A stretch of 32,000 bases of DNA, taken from NCBI GenBank assembly GCA_965250005.1, contig OZ252279.1, positions 1,968,754-2,000,753 of the forward strand. The letters run 5' to 3'. A program made the position numbers and the translations under genes. Positions within the stretch are counted from its first letter, which is position 1, and every line of letters starts with the position of its first letter. Below, in pieces: positions 1-10,488 of the stretch. The stretch is from Demequinaceae bacterium (GTDB taxonomy: Bacteria; Actinomycetota; Actinomycetes; Actinomycetales; Demequinaceae). Below the pieces are notes generated by a model that was not told the DNA's origin, ran no database searches, and was given only the letters and a program-made list of their open reading frames with translations.

Positions 1-982
1 AGTGTTCCATGACGATTTCACGTGTGTGAGCCAGTTTGGTCCGCGCCATCGACGGGAACAGGTGGTGCTCGATCTGGTAGTTGAGGCCACCGAGCATCGC
101 GGTGGCGGGGAATCCGCCTGACACGTTGCGCGACAGCACCACTTGCTTGGTGAAGAAGTCGAGCTTGCTGTCCTTGGGGACCACCGGCATGCCCTTGTGA
201 TTCGGCGCAAATGACATGCCCATGTAGAGGCCGAAGAGCGCGAGTTGCAGGCCGAAGAAGGCAAACGCCAGGCCTATCGGCAGTGCCCAAAACAGCAGGC
301 CGAGGTAGATGATGAAGCGGCCCGTGATGACCGCGAGTTCGAAGGAACGGCCGTCGATGCGGCGCTTCGATGTGAGCCACCGGAACGATGCAACGTGCAG
401 GTTGAGGCCCTCAAGCAGGAGCAACGGGAAGAACAGTGTTCCCTGGTGGCGGGTAAAGAGAGCCATGCGCCCGGTCTTGGCTTCGGCGGCTTCGGGGTAA
501 AACGAGAGCAGATCAGCCGCGATATCGGGATCTCGGCCTACCTGGTTGGGGTTCGCGTGGTGGCGGTTGTGCTTGTTGACCCACCACGAGTAGCTCACGC
601 CGAGCACCAGCACGCTCAGCACGCGGCCCAGTCGGTCGTTCGATGGGCCTGAGGAGAAAACGGCGCGGTGCGATGCCTCGTGCGCGAGAAACGCGAATTG
701 GGTCAGGACGAACGCGAGTACGGCCGCCAGAATCAACTGGAGCCACGAGTCGCCCAGCAACACGAAGCCCGTGAGGAGCCCGAGGACGGCGAGTCCGAGA
801 CCGGCTGCCAGCGCAGCGTAGAAGCCCCTTGCGCGGTTGAGTAGGCCGGCATCGCGAACCGTAGTGAGTAGCGAAGCGTACGTTTGTGTGAAGGGGACCT
901 TGCTCAAGTCGCGCGTGTAGTCAGCAGAGGTGAGGGGCTTTGCGGGCGCAGGTGCGGACGCGGGTGCGGCGGCAGTGCTCAT
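1..982 (-). CDS. Fatty acid desaturase, membrane-bound di-iron type (3' end runs off the window)
   Basis: Manual minus-strand translation from ATG at 982 is open to the window edge. It contains the His-box motifs HEASH, HNRHHANPNQVGRDPDI and NYQIEHHLFPSM plus hydrophobic segments. The ORF track misses it because no stop lies in the window. Confidence 0.93.
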   Translation of the reverse strand, partial: MSTAAAPASAPAPAKPLTSADYTRDLSKVPFTQTYASLLTTVRDAGLLNRARGFYAALAAGLGLAVLGLLTGFVLLGDSWLQLILAAVLAFVLTQFAFLAHEASHRAVFSSGPSNDRLGRVLSVLVLGVSYSWWVNKHNRHHANPNQVGRDPDIAADLLSFYPEAAEAKTGRMALFTRHQGTLFFPLLLLEGLNLHVASFRWLTSKRRIDGRSFELAVITGRFIIYLGLLFWALPIGLAFAFFGLQLALFGLYMGMSFAPNHKGMPVVPKDSKLDFFTKQVVLSRNVSGGFPATAMLGGLNYQIEHHLFPSMARTKLAHTREIVMEH

Positions 983-1132
983 GCGGGGACGCCTTCCGGG
1001 CGTAAAGATCGACTTCCCAGTCGCGGAATGAGCGGGTGCTCGGCGGGCGGATGTCCCCACCATACGGGGAAACTGGCGTGTCGTCACTGTTGACGATCTC
1101 TCTTGTCGGCGAGTATATGTTATTATCTACGT

Positions 1133-1492
1133 ATGAATGCGGATAACCAGAAGAACGAGCTACGGCCGGATGATCCCTACGTGGAACTTGCCGTAGAGGT
1201 ATTTGCGCTGCTTGCAGACGTGACCCGGGTCAGAATCGTGCTTGCGCTCGCGCGCGGCGAACTATCTGTGAACCAAATAGCGGAGGCGGTTGGCAAGCCT
1301 CCAGCGGCCGTATCTCAACACCTCGCCAAACTTCGCATGGCGCGGGCCGTAACGACACGCCACGAGGGAACGCGAGTCCACTACAGGCTCGCGAACGACC
1401 ATGGATTGCGACTCGTGGCCGACGCCATAGAGCAGGCCGAACACACTGTCGACGCGGCCCCTCGCCACCACCACGGGGACCACGGCCAGTGA
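1133..1492 (+). CDS. ArsR/SmtB-family metal-responsive transcriptional repressor, KmtR/NmtR-like
   Basis: wHTH sequence ADVTRVRIVLALARGELSVNQIAEAVGKPPAAVSQHLAKLRMARAVTTRHEGTRVHYRL with His-rich C-terminus HHHGDHG. The start is more likely MNADNQ (1133) than 1103. It precedes a CDF transporter. Confidence 0.88.
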   Translation: MNADNQKNELRPDDPYVELAVEVFALLADVTRVRIVLALARGELSVNQIAEAVGKPPAAVSQHLAKLRMARAVTTRHEGTRVHYRLANDHGLRLVADAIEQAEHTVDAAPRHHHGDHGQ

Positions 1493-2505
1493 ATCCAAGG
1501 AGGGCGGGCGCGCGTGCTGAAGCGCGTGGAGCGCGCGGGCGCGAGGAACGCGGCCTGATCGGTTGGCTGCGCCACACGTTCACGCCGCACTCCCACGACG
1601 GGGCCGATCGCGTTGACGACGCCCTCGAATCAAGTTCCCAAGGCATTCGAGCTGTCAAGGTCAGCCTCTGGGTACTCGTCGGGACAGGGGTCCTTCAGCT
1701 CGCAGTCGTCATGGTCAGCGGCTCCGTTGCACTGTTTGCCGACACCGTCCACAACTTCTCGGACGCGCTCACCGCCGTTCCGTTGTGGATCGCCTTTGCG
1801 CTCGCGCGCCGCCCCGCTACGCGCGCCTTCACGCATGGCCTTGGGCGAGTGGAGGACCTCGCGGGGCTGTTTGTCGTGCTGATGATCGCCGTCTCGGCTG
1901 CGGTCGTGATTGTCGAGTCCGTCCGACGGTTCCTTAACCCACGGGACATCGACAACGTGGGTCTGGTCCTTGCGGCGGCCGTCGTTGGTTTTCTTGGCAA
2001 CGAGGCGGTCGCCGTCTATCGGATACGTGTTGGTCATCGCATTGGCTCAGCGGCACTCGTGGCCGACGGGTTGCACGCACGAACCGACGGCCTCACGTCG
2101 CTAGCCGTCGCCGCGGGCGCTCTGGGCGTGTGGTGGGGATATCCGCTAGCCGACCCGATTGTCGGGATCGCCGTTGGTATTGCGATCCTGGTGGTCCTCG
2201 TCTCTGCGGCGCGGAGCGTTGGTAGGCGACTCCTCGACGGAGTCGAACCCGGGCTCGCGGCGAGCGTTCGCAGCGCGCTAGACGCGACTGACGAAGAGGT
2301 CGAAGTGGGCGAGGTTCGTATCCGATGGGTGGGGCACCGGCTGGACGTGGGAGCAGTGCTCGAGGTCAAACCCGGGACCACGCTCGAAGATTTTCGATGT
2401 GCGTCTCGCGCTGCCGAGCGATCGGTTCGCGCGGGCATTTCACATGTGGGGCGCGTCGACATCGTTCTCGGGAGCTCCCCGGTCGAAGCCCAGGCCGAGG
2501 GTTAG
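1489..2505 (+). CDS. Cation diffusion facilitator (CDF) family metal efflux transporter
   Basis: Motifs SGSVALFADTVHNFSDALTAVPLWIAFALARR, HGLGRVEDLAGL and ADGLHARTDGLTSLAV. Overlaps the regulator stop codon; the exact start is uncertain. Confidence 0.9.
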   Translation: MNPRRAGARAEARGARGREERGLIGWLRHTFTPHSHDGADRVDDALESSSQGIRAVKVSLWVLVGTGVLQLAVVMVSGSVALFADTVHNFSDALTAVPLWIAFALARRPATRAFTHGLGRVEDLAGLFVVLMIAVSAAVVIVESVRRFLNPRDIDNVGLVLAAAVVGFLGNEAVAVYRIRVGHRIGSAALVADGLHARTDGLTSLAVAAGALGVWWGYPLADPIVGIAVGIAILVVLVSAARSVGRRLLDGVEPGLAASVRSALDATDEEVEVGEVRIRWVGHRLDVGAVLEVKPGTTLEDFRCASRAAERSVRAGISHVGRVDIVLGSSPVEAQAEG

Positions 2506-3395
2506 GGGTGCTCGCGTTCGGACGCAATATGGCGGCGCGCTTCCACGGAGGCGTGGTCGGATCGCTTGCCGTAGAGTCGCCTCTCGGTTGACTTGATCGT
2601 GGCGATCAGTGCGAAGCTGAGGCTGACCAGCAACGCCCACGATCCCATCCGGCCCACGTGAACTATCTGCCAGACGTCTGCTTGGTTCGGGTACTGCCAC
2701 GCGCCGAGGAACGTGCCCGCGTTCTCTGCAAGCCAGACCACCGCTCCGACCAAAACGAAGCCCACCGCGAGCGGTATGTGAAAGCGTTCAACGCCCACGG
2801 TGAAATGTATGCGCGTGCGGCCCAACACCACGAGCAGGACAAACGCAAGAAGCCAGCGCACGTCAACAAAGAAGTGGTGGGTGAAGAAGTTGACGTAGAG
2901 GAGCACCGCGATCGACGTCACCAACTGCGGGCGGTATTCGGTCACGCGGAAGTCAAAGCGCCGCCACGCCTGGCACAAATAGGAGCCGACGGCGGCGTAC
3001 ATGAAGCCCGCGTAGAGCGGTACGTCTCCCACTTTGGCCACGCCCTCGTCCGGGTACTCCCACGAACCCAAGTGCACCTTGAAGATCTCGAGGGCGAGTC
3101 CCAGCAAGTGGAACCCGGTGATTACTGCCACTTCGCGGGTGGTTTCCCACTTGGCGACCCACAGGGCGATGGTCAGGATCACGCCATAGATGAGGAGCGC
3201 GTCGTAGCGGGCAATCGGCAAATCGAGCACGGCGGTCACCGCAATACCCGCGAAGATTAACGTGGCGAATAGGCAGGAGACTGCTTGCTCGCGCGTGAAG
3301 ATCCACGCTAGCTGCCACACGCGTGCCGCGGTCCACGGCGGCGACTGCGCGGCGAGTCGAATCGGAGGACGCTTGGCCCCCAGATCGGTCGCCAT
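2502..3395 (-). CDS. DUF817-family integral membrane protein
   Basis: Polytopic protein with motifs FHLLGLALEIFKVHLGSWEYPDEG, PLYAGFMYAAVGSYLCQAWR and GTFLGAWQYPNQ. Likely start is MATDLG at 3395 within ORF 2502..3497. Confidence 0.8.
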   Translation of the reverse strand: MATDLGAKRPPIRLAAQSPPWTAARVWQLAWIFTREQAVSCLFATLIFAGIAVTAVLDLPIARYDALLIYGVILTIALWVAKWETTREVAVITGFHLLGLALEIFKVHLGSWEYPDEGVAKVGDVPLYAGFMYAAVGSYLCQAWRRFDFRVTEYRPQLVTSIAVLLYVNFFTHHFFVDVRWLLAFVLLVVLGRTRIHFTVGVERFHIPLAVGFVLVGAVVWLAENAGTFLGAWQYPNQADVWQIVHVGRMGSWALLVSLSFALIATIKSTERRLYGKRSDHASVEARRHIASEREHP

Positions 3396-3500
3396 AGTGC
3401 TCCTCGCTTCGGCGGGCTTCCGCACGCTCTCGCGGCGGTGCTGGCAGTTCAACGAACGAGCGCGCGGCGAAGTGCCCTTGGCATCAGTTAGCCTCACCTC

Positions 3501-4466
3501 ATGACAATTGCCCTGATCGAGCTCATCAGCGGACTGGTGGTACTCGGATGGAGCGCAGACCGGTTTGTGCTCGGCTCATCTGGGGTCGCCAAGCACTTTG
3601 GGATCCCGCCGCTGCTCATCGGCATGGTCGTGATCGGGTTCGGCACGTCGGCGCCGGAATTGGTGGTCTCTGGTTTCGCGGCGAGCGGCGGCAACCCCGA
3701 GATCGCGCTGGGCAACGCCTACGGCTCAAATATCGCGAACATTGCCCTGATTCTGGGCATCACGGCGATCATCGCGCCGATAGGCGTGAAGCGCGGAATT
3801 CTGCGGCAAGAAATACCCATCTTGCTCGCCGCTACGGCGCTCGCATTCTGGCTTTTTCGCGACTACAGCCTTTCGCGCATTGACGCGGGCATTCTGCTCG
3901 TTGCGTTCGCGGCGTTCATTGTCTGGAGCATCCGGACTGGGCTGCGCATCAAGAGGGACGCGCTCGCGGACGACGTCAAGGAACACGCCAAGGAGCATGA
4001 TCTCTCGAAGCGCCGTGCGTGGATGTGGCTGCTCGTGGGCCTTGTGCTGCTTGTGGTGTCTTCGCACTTCCTTGTCGAAGGCGCGGTGACAGTCGCGCGC
4101 GAGATCGGTATGAGCGACCTTGTCATCGGGTTGACGGTCATTGCTATTGGCACATCGCTGCCCGAGCTCGCGAGCGCTATCGTCGCCTCGCGCAAGGGCC
4201 AGAACGACTTGGTTCTTGGCAATATCATCGGCTCGTCGCTCTTTAACGGGCTGGCAGTTGTGGGCCTTGCCGGCATGATCTCACCCGCGGTCGTGGAGCA
4301 GCAGATTCTCTCGCGAGACCTGGTGGTGCTCGGCGCCGTCACCGTGGCACTCTCTCTGTTCGGCATGCATTGGGGGCGCGACGGCCGCATCAACCGGATC
4401 GAGGGCTCCGCGCTCGTGCTCGTGTTTATTAGCTACACGGCCTACCTTCTAACAACGTCGCTGTAG
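3501..4466 (+). CDS. Calcium/sodium antiporter, CaCA superfamily (YrbG-like)
   Basis: Two alpha-repeats: GFGTSAPELVVSGFAASGGNPEIALGNAYGSNIANI and AIGTSLPELASAIVASRKGQNDLVLGNIIGSSLFNGL. Confidence 0.93.
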   Translation: MTIALIELISGLVVLGWSADRFVLGSSGVAKHFGIPPLLIGMVVIGFGTSAPELVVSGFAASGGNPEIALGNAYGSNIANIALILGITAIIAPIGVKRGILRQEIPILLAATALAFWLFRDYSLSRIDAGILLVAFAAFIVWSIRTGLRIKRDALADDVKEHAKEHDLSKRRAWMWLLVGLVLLVVSSHFLVEGAVTVAREIGMSDLVIGLTVIAIGTSLPELASAIVASRKGQNDLVLGNIIGSSLFNGLAVVGLAGMISPAVVEQQILSRDLVVLGAVTVALSLFGMHWGRDGRINRIEGSALVLVFISYTAYLLTTSL

Positions 4467-4483
4467 CGCTTAGGCTGATCCTC

Positions 4484-5323
4484 ATGGCACGCAACGAGGC
4501 CGAGGCAGACGCCGCCGCAGATGCGGCGGGGCAACTGCATGGGTCGCACGTCGACGATGTCGACATTGACCACCCCGCACTCTCGCTGCGCGGCCTGTCC
4601 AAGTCATTTGGTGCGACGGTCGCGGTCGACGGGATCGACCTCGACATACCGGCAGGATCCTTCTACGGCATGGTGGGTCCCAACGGCGCCGGCAAAACCA
4701 CCACACTGTCGATGGCGACCGGGCTACTCGTGCCGGACAGCGGCACAGTCGACGTCCACGGCATCAGCCTGTGGCACTTTCCCGCGGAGGCGAAACCGCT
4801 GCTGGGTGTCTTGCCTGACGGGTTGCGCAGCTTCGACCGCCTGACAGGGGCGGAGCTGATTTCTTATGCAGGGCTATTGCGTGGCATGGAGACGGCTGTT
4901 GTGAGGGAGCGACGCGACGACTTGCTCGCTGCGCTTGACCTCGAGGACGCCGGTCGAACGCTTGTCACCGATTTCTCGGCGGGCATGTCCAAGAAGGTGG
5001 CGCTCGCGTGCGCGCTGGTTCACGCACCGCGCGTGCTCGTCCTGGACGAGCCTTTCGAGGCAGTCGACCCCGTTTCCGCAACCGGGATCAGGCGCATATT
5101 GTGGTCGTTCGTCGACTCTGGCGGGACGGTGGTGATGTCTAGCCACGTCATGGCGCTCGTCGAGCGCCTGTGCGATCACGTCGCGATCGTGGGCGAGGGC
5201 AAGATCCTCGCGGCGGGCACCCTTGACGAAGTACGCGGCGACATGGACCTCGAGAGTCGATTCGTCTCGCTTGTGGGCGAGGTCAAGGAGCAGCGTGACC
5301 TCCCATGGTTGAAGCAGTCTTGA
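4484..5323 (+). CDS. ABC transporter ATP-binding protein
   Basis: Walker A GPNGAGKTTT, signature-like FSAGMSKKVALACALVHAPRVLVLDEPFEAVD, H-loop VVMSSHVM. Confidence 0.95.
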   Translation: MARNEAEADAAADAAGQLHGSHVDDVDIDHPALSLRGLSKSFGATVAVDGIDLDIPAGSFYGMVGPNGAGKTTTLSMATGLLVPDSGTVDVHGISLWHFPAEAKPLLGVLPDGLRSFDRLTGAELISYAGLLRGMETAVVRERRDDLLAALDLEDAGRTLVTDFSAGMSKKVALACALVHAPRVLVLDEPFEAVDPVSATGIRRILWSFVDSGGTVVMSSHVMALVERLCDHVAIVGEGKILAAGTLDEVRGDMDLESRFVSLVGEVKEQRDLPWLKQS

Positions 5324-5324
5324 C

Positions 5325-6929
5325 GTGATAAGGACGGTCCTGAGCCTGAGGCGCACCGTCACGCTGCATCAACTGCGTCGCGAGCGGTGGCGCATGCTGG
5401 TGCTAATCGGCGGCGCAATCTGGTCCATCAGCCTCTTCCCGTCGGCCGTCTGGGCCTCGCGAATCCTGGGCTTCAACGCCGTCGACCTCAAGTACGATGC
5501 GCTCGTGGCGATAGTGGCGGTCGTCATGATCGGGTGGGTCGTGGTACCGATCCTCATCACGGGCCTTGACGACACGCTCGACCCCGGGCGGTTCGCGTCC
5601 CTAGGCGTGAGTGCGAAGCGACTGATGCCCGGGCTGACGGTGTCTGCCTTGCTCACGGTCCCCGCGATCTTTTTCCTCATCGTGCTCGTGATTCTTGCCT
5701 TTGCGTGGCAGCCCGAAGGCAGGGGCGCATTCGCGTTCGCGATCACGGGGGCGATCCTGACCCTGCTTACGTGTGTATTCTCTGCACGGGTGTCGGTGAT
5801 GTGGGCGTCGCGAGTCCTGCAGTCGCGTCGTTCGCGCGAGGCTACGTTTCTCACAATTATCATCGGAGCGCTCCTCATCACGCCCGCGATCTACTTGGTC
5901 GTGGCCGATGGTCTGGAGATTGTCCTCGACTACGACATCCGGCTGCTGGTCGACCTGATGGGCGGCACACCCGTTGGCGCGCCAATCCAGGCCGCGGTGG
6001 ATGCCTCGAAAGGCGCGTGGGTGGCCGCCTCGTGGCATCTCGCCGTGTCTGGAGGATGGATTGTGCTGCTGCACTTCGTGTGGCGCGTCAACGTCGAGCG
6101 TGTGCTGGTCAACCCGATCTACCGCGGGGGCGGTGCGCGTGAGCGCGAGGACACCGTCCTTGCGGCGGCCGAGCGCGCCGAGCGTTCGGGACTGGTGCCG
6201 CCCGGTGCGCGGGCGACCAACGCTATGAAGGCGCGGGCGCTGCGGTACTGGTTCACCGACCCGCGCTACTTGTCCGGGATCATCTCGGTGACCGTGTTCC
6301 CGATCCTCTTCTTCATGCTCGTCTACCCAATCTTCGGGTCGCCTGCGGCCGTCGTGATGGCTGTCCCCGTCGTGCTGGCCGGCTCAATCGGGTGGGGTCG
6401 CCACAACGACGTCGCTATGGACAACTCCGCGCTCTGGCTCGATATTGTGTCCGGAAGCCTGGGGCAGCGGCTGATGCGGGGGCGGGTAGCGGGCACTCTC
6501 ACGTGGGCGGTGCCGCTCGCTGCCGCTGCCATCACGGTCGCGGTGGTAGTGAGCGGGAGGTTGGATTTGCTGCCCGCGATCGTCGGTGCCGTAGTCGGAG
6601 TCTTGGGAACATCGCTCGGCGTTTCCGTCGTGACGTCCGTGTCCATGCCCTATCGCGCACCCGCGCCTGGCGAAAACCCGTTCGGGGCTGAGGTGGGTTC
6701 CATTGGCGCCGGCTTGCTTGCTCAGTTTGTGTCTTCGCTTGCGTCAAGCATCGTGGCGGTTCCCGTTTCGCTTCCGTTGCTTGCGGCCGTCCGCTGGGAT
6801 GCCAATTGGGGATGGGCTGGCCTTGTGGTTGGCAGTGCGACGGGAATCATTGTTCTCATGGTTGGAGCGCGATGGGCTGGCACACTGTACGACCGGCGCA
6901 GCGGACGGCTCGTCGGGGCCGTCTCTTGA
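5325..6929 (+). CDS. ABC transporter permease (polytopic, exporter-type), partner of the upstream ATPase
   Basis: 534-aa multi-pass membrane protein starting 1 nt after the ATPase stop codon. Confidence 0.82.
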   Translation: MIRTVLSLRRTVTLHQLRRERWRMLVLIGGAIWSISLFPSAVWASRILGFNAVDLKYDALVAIVAVVMIGWVVVPILITGLDDTLDPGRFASLGVSAKRLMPGLTVSALLTVPAIFFLIVLVILAFAWQPEGRGAFAFAITGAILTLLTCVFSARVSVMWASRVLQSRRSREATFLTIIIGALLITPAIYLVVADGLEIVLDYDIRLLVDLMGGTPVGAPIQAAVDASKGAWVAASWHLAVSGGWIVLLHFVWRVNVERVLVNPIYRGGGAREREDTVLAAAERAERSGLVPPGARATNAMKARALRYWFTDPRYLSGIISVTVFPILFFMLVYPIFGSPAAVVMAVPVVLAGSIGWGRHNDVAMDNSALWLDIVSGSLGQRLMRGRVAGTLTWAVPLAAAAITVAVVVSGRLDLLPAIVGAVVGVLGTSLGVSVVTSVSMPYRAPAPGENPFGAEVGSIGAGLLAQFVSSLASSIVAVPVSLPLLAAVRWDANWGWAGLVVGSATGIIVLMVGARWAGTLYDRRSGRLVGAVS

Positions 6930-6952
6930 CCCTGCGCGCGTAGCATGGAGGC

Positions 6953-7255
6953 ATGAACGAACCGCAGCCTTTGCCGGAATCGGCGCCCGATGAGCAGACC
7001 AGCGCAGGCACCACCACGATTGTGCGCGAGCATACTCGCGAAGTTGTGGAGCCAGGCGACGGAGAACGTTTCGCACACTACGTTCGCAAAGAGAAGATCA
7101 CCGAGTCCGCCGTTACCGGCGAGCCCGTGATCGCATTGTGCGGAAAAGTGTGGGTTCCCGGGCGAGACCCGAATAGGTTTCCCGTGTGCCCGGCTTGCAA
7201 GGAGATCATCGACTCCGCGTTCGGCGCCGGTGACGGCGACGGCGCGGGCGACTAG
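6953..7255 (+). CDS. DUF3039 domain-containing protein
   Basis: Conserved HYVRKEKITESAVTGEPVIALCGKVWVPGRDPNRFPVCPACKEI with a putative Cys pair, located upstream of clpS. Confidence 0.85.
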   Translation: MNEPQPLPESAPDEQTSAGTTTIVREHTREVVEPGDGERFAHYVRKEKITESAVTGEPVIALCGKVWVPGRDPNRFPVCPACKEIIDSAFGAGDGDGAGD

Positions 7256-7258
7256 CGC

Positions 7259-7546
7259 GTGGACACGCAGGGCGTCACGCAGACAGGTTCCGAGGCCGGA
7301 ACGCGCACGGCGGACTCTTGGGTCACGATTGTCTGGAACGACCCTGTGAACCTCATGAACTACGTGACACACGTGTTTCAGGTGCACTTTGGGTGGAATC
7401 GTGCGGAGGCGGAGAAACGCATGAACGAGGTTCACGAGAACGGTCGGTCAGTCGTGTCGAGCGGAGGACGCGAGCAAATGGAGTTAGACGTGCAGGCGAT
7501 GCATTTGTACGGGTTGTGGGCCACCATGCAGCGAGGTGGCGAGTGA
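7259..7546 (+). CDS. clpS: ATP-dependent Clp protease adaptor ClpS
   Basis: Core [70 protein letters not shown]. The start codon at 7259 is uncertain. Confidence 0.93.
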   Translation: MDTQGVTQTGSEAGTRTADSWVTIVWNDPVNLMNYVTHVFQVHFGWNRAEAEKRMNEVHENGRSVVSSGGREQMELDVQAMHLYGLWATMQRGGE

Positions 7547-8169
7547 GAGCGTTCCGTGCGCGCGACGGCATCGCGGTCGCAGAACTTGATTCCGACGAAC
7601 GGAAGGTTGTCGCCCGTATCGTGGCAGACGTGGGCCTGCTCCTTGGCGACGAGGTTTTTGGCATGGACACGTCGACCTCTCACGGTGACGACGAGGAATA
7701 CATCTTCCGGCACCTGCGCGGGCTGGAGGAGTCCCTCGCTGCGCCAGACGACCCAGCTATCCTGCGACTGCTCCCCAACGCGTCGGACGACCGCGAGGTG
7801 TCTGACGAGTTTCGGCGCCTCACCGAGCCGGATCTGCGCACGCTCAAGGTGGACCGCCTGCGCCGCGTGTGGGAGCAACTGAGCGAAGAGGGCCCGGAGT
7901 GGTCGGTCGCCCTCGAACAAGTTCTGCCCACAGCGGCGGCGCTAACGGATGTCCGACTGGTGATCGCCTCGCGACTGGGCCTGGACACCGACGAGGACGC
8001 GGAACGGTTGCACGCCGAGATTGAGCTTGCCGCGCACGCGATGGAGACGGACGCGGATGAGCAGTTGGGAGTGGATCCCGAGCGGGTGTGGCTAGGAATG
8101 CTCTATCGAGCCCTCACCTGGTTGCAGGACTCGCTCGTCGGAATCGTGACGGAGGACGGCGATGAGTAA
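7543..8169 (+). CDS. DUF2017-family protein
   Basis: GTG start at 7543 overlaps the clpS stop codon. Sequence [26 protein letters not shown]...[11 protein letters not shown] sits between clpS and murI, the usual actinobacterial position. Confidence 0.85.
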   Translation: MRAFRARDGIAVAELDSDERKVVARIVADVGLLLGDEVFGMDTSTSHGDDEEYIFRHLRGLEESLAAPDDPAILRLLPNASDDREVSDEFRRLTEPDLRTLKVDRLRRVWEQLSEEGPEWSVALEQVLPTAAALTDVRLVIASRLGLDTDEDAERLHAEIELAAHAMETDADEQLGVDPERVWLGMLYRALTWLQDSLVGIVTEDGDE

Positions 8170-8968
8170 CGCTCCTATTGGGGTATTTGATTCGGGAGTG
8201 GGAGGGCTGACGGTCGCACGCGCCATCATGGACGTGCTACCGAACGAGGCGATCCACTACGTGGGCGACACCGCCCACGGACCGTACGGTCCGCTTCCCA
8301 TCGCCGACGTACGCCGGCACGCGCTCGAGATCATGGATTCGCTCGTCGAGGGCGGCGTCAAGATGCTCGTGATCGCGTGCAACAGTGCATCGGCCGCTGT
8401 GCTGCGTGACGCGCGCGAACGCTTCGCTCAGGACCGCGGCGTGCCCGTGCTTGAGGTGATCGTGCCCGCTGTTCGGCGTGCTTCGCAACTCACCCGTAGC
8501 GGCAGAATCGGTGTGATCGGCACCGTCGCCACCGTCACCTCGGGCGCCTACGAGGACGCCCTCGCCGCGGCGCCCGGACTTGAGGTAACGTCGCAAGCGT
8601 GCCCGCGGTTTGTCGAACTTGTTGAGGCCGGGATCACGTCGGGCGCTGAAGTCATCTCCGTGGCGCGCGAGTATCTTCAGCCCCTTCAGGCCGCGGACGT
8701 AGATACCGTCATTCTTGGTTGCACGCACTACCCGATGCTCCAGGGGGCTCTTGGCTACGTGCTGGGAGAGGGCGTGACTCTCGTGGACAGCGCAACCGAG
8801 ACGGCGATGGACGTCTACCGAGAGCTTGCTCGCCAGGGCATCGAGCGGACCGCAACGAAGCGACCAGAGCACCGCTTTGGGGCAACCGGCGAGACCCGCC
8901 GGTTCGAAGAACTGGCGCAGCGGTTCCTCGGGCCCGTGGTTGGCACTGTGGAGGGCGCGAGCCAATGA
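8162..8968 (+). CDS. murI: Glutamate racemase
   Basis: [60 protein letters not shown]. Confidence 0.97.
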   Translation: MSNAPIGVFDSGVGGLTVARAIMDVLPNEAIHYVGDTAHGPYGPLPIADVRRHALEIMDSLVEGGVKMLVIACNSASAAVLRDARERFAQDRGVPVLEVIVPAVRRASQLTRSGRIGVIGTVATVTSGAYEDALAAAPGLEVTSQACPRFVELVEAGITSGAEVISVAREYLQPLQAADVDTVILGCTHYPMLQGALGYVLGEGVTLVDSATETAMDVYRELARQGIERTATKRPEHRFGATGETRRFEELAQRFLGPVVGTVEGASQ

Positions 8969-9735
8969 AGTTGCGGGTGGTCGGATGCTCCGGCGGCGTG
9001 CCCGGGCCCGCGTCGGCAGCATCGTGCTACCTGCTCGAAGCAACGCAGGGCGGTCGCACATGGCGCCTGGTATTGGACTTGGGAAGCGGGTCGCTCGGCA
9101 CGCTCCAGCGTTGGTGCGACCCGCGTGACGTTGATGCGATAGCCATCACCCACCTTCATCCCGACCACTGCGCCGATCTTGCTCCCATGCACGTGTACCT
9201 GGCGCACCACCCAGACGGGGAGTCGCGACCCGTCCCCATCTTCGCGCCGTTCGGAACGCTTTCGCGCATCAACCAACTCCGCGGCGCCGCGGAACCGAGC
9301 CAGGTGCTCGACGTTCACGCGTGGCAGACGGGTGTGATGGTTGAGGTGGGCCCGCTTCGAGTGACCAGTGAGGCCGTTGACCATCCCGTCCCTGCATACG
9401 CCTTGCGTATTGAGGGCCCCCGCGAGGACGGATCGGGGAATGCGGTTATCGCCTATTCGGGGGACTCCGATATGTGCCAGGGGCTCGATGTCGCCGCGGC
9501 TGGCGCCGATATTTTTTTGTGCGAGGCCACTTACCTTGCATCCCAAACGTCAGAGGCTGGGGTTCACCTGACCGCCCGGCGAGCGGGACAGACGGCGGGG
9601 CGAGCCGGTGTCGGCAAGCTCGTGCTTACGCACATTCCGCCGTGGACAGATCCGAACGAGAGCCTTGCGGAAGCGCGCGAGGTATACGACGGCGATCTCA
9701 TGTTGGCTGTTTCTGGGCTTCAACTGGCGCTCTAG
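8965..9735 (+). CDS. MBL-fold metallo-hydrolase
   Basis: [23 protein letters not shown] and VLTHIPPW motifs. ATG at 8965 overlaps the murI stop. Confidence 0.92.
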   Translation: MKLRVVGCSGGVPGPASAASCYLLEATQGGRTWRLVLDLGSGSLGTLQRWCDPRDVDAIAITHLHPDHCADLAPMHVYLAHHPDGESRPVPIFAPFGTLSRINQLRGAAEPSQVLDVHAWQTGVMVEVGPLRVTSEAVDHPVPAYALRIEGPREDGSGNAVIAYSGDSDMCQGLDVAAAGADIFLCEATYLASQTSEAGVHLTARRAGQTAGRAGVGKLVLTHIPPWTDPNESLAEAREVYDGDLMLAVSGLQLAL

Positions 9736-9751
9736 CGATTAGGCTCAAGCC

Positions 9752-10486
9752 ATGACAGATGCCGTTCGCGCCGATGGCCGCGCTCTCGACCAACTTCGCC
9801 CAGTCACGTTCGAACGCGATTGGCAACAGTCCGCGGAGGGCTCGTGCCTCATGTCGTTCGGGGACACCAAGGTGCTTTGCGCAGCTTCGTTCACGCCGGG
9901 CGTCCCGCGCTGGAAAAAGGGAGGCGGCGAGGGCTGGGTGACCGCCGAGTACGCCATGCTTCCGCGAGCAACGGGAAGCCGCAATTCGCGCGAGAGCGTG
10001 CGCGGCAAGATTGGCGGGCGTACCCACGAGATTTCTCGGCTGATCGGCCGCTCGCTACGGGCCATTGTTGACGTCAAGGCACTCGGAGAGAACACCATCA
10101 TGCTGGACTGCGACGTGCTCCAGGCTGACGGAGGCACTCGCACCGCAGCCATCACCGGCGCCTACCTCGCGCTTGCCGATGCCGTGGCTTGGGGCAAGGA
10201 AAACGGCGCCATTCCCGCTACTGCGAGCCCGCTTCTCGACACGGTCAGCGCGATCAGCGTCGGAATCGTCGACGGAACTCCCATGCTCGATTTACCCTAT
10301 GTCGAGGACGTGCGAGCGGAGACCGATATGAATGTAGTCATGACAGGCAGAGGCTTGTTTGTCGAGGTGCAGGGCACCGCGGAGGCCGCCCCGTTCGACA
10401 AGTCTGAACTCGATGCGATGCTCGCGCTCGCAACTGCGGGAAACGCCACCCTGGCAACCGCCCAAGTTGCCGCGCTGGACGGCTAG
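9752..10486 (+). CDS. rph: Ribonuclease PH
   Basis: [64 protein letters not shown]-type [42 protein letters not shown]. Confidence 0.97.
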   Translation: MTDAVRADGRALDQLRPVTFERDWQQSAEGSCLMSFGDTKVLCAASFTPGVPRWKKGGGEGWVTAEYAMLPRATGSRNSRESVRGKIGGRTHEISRLIGRSLRAIVDVKALGENTIMLDCDVLQADGGTRTAAITGAYLALADAVAWGKENGAIPATASPLLDTVSAISVGIVDGTPMLDLPYVEDVRAETDMNVVMTGRGLFVEVQGTAEAAPFDKSELDAMLALATAGNATLATAQVAALDG

Positions 10487-10488
10487 CG

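Noticed and set aside
18-380. 120-aa minus-strand ORF at the left edge
   Set aside because: It is out of frame with the desaturase, whose frame carries the diagnostic His boxes and stays open to the edge.
8237-9546. 274-aa and 243-aa ORFs antisense to murI and the MBL gene
   Set aside because: Shadow ORFs opposite well-supported genes.
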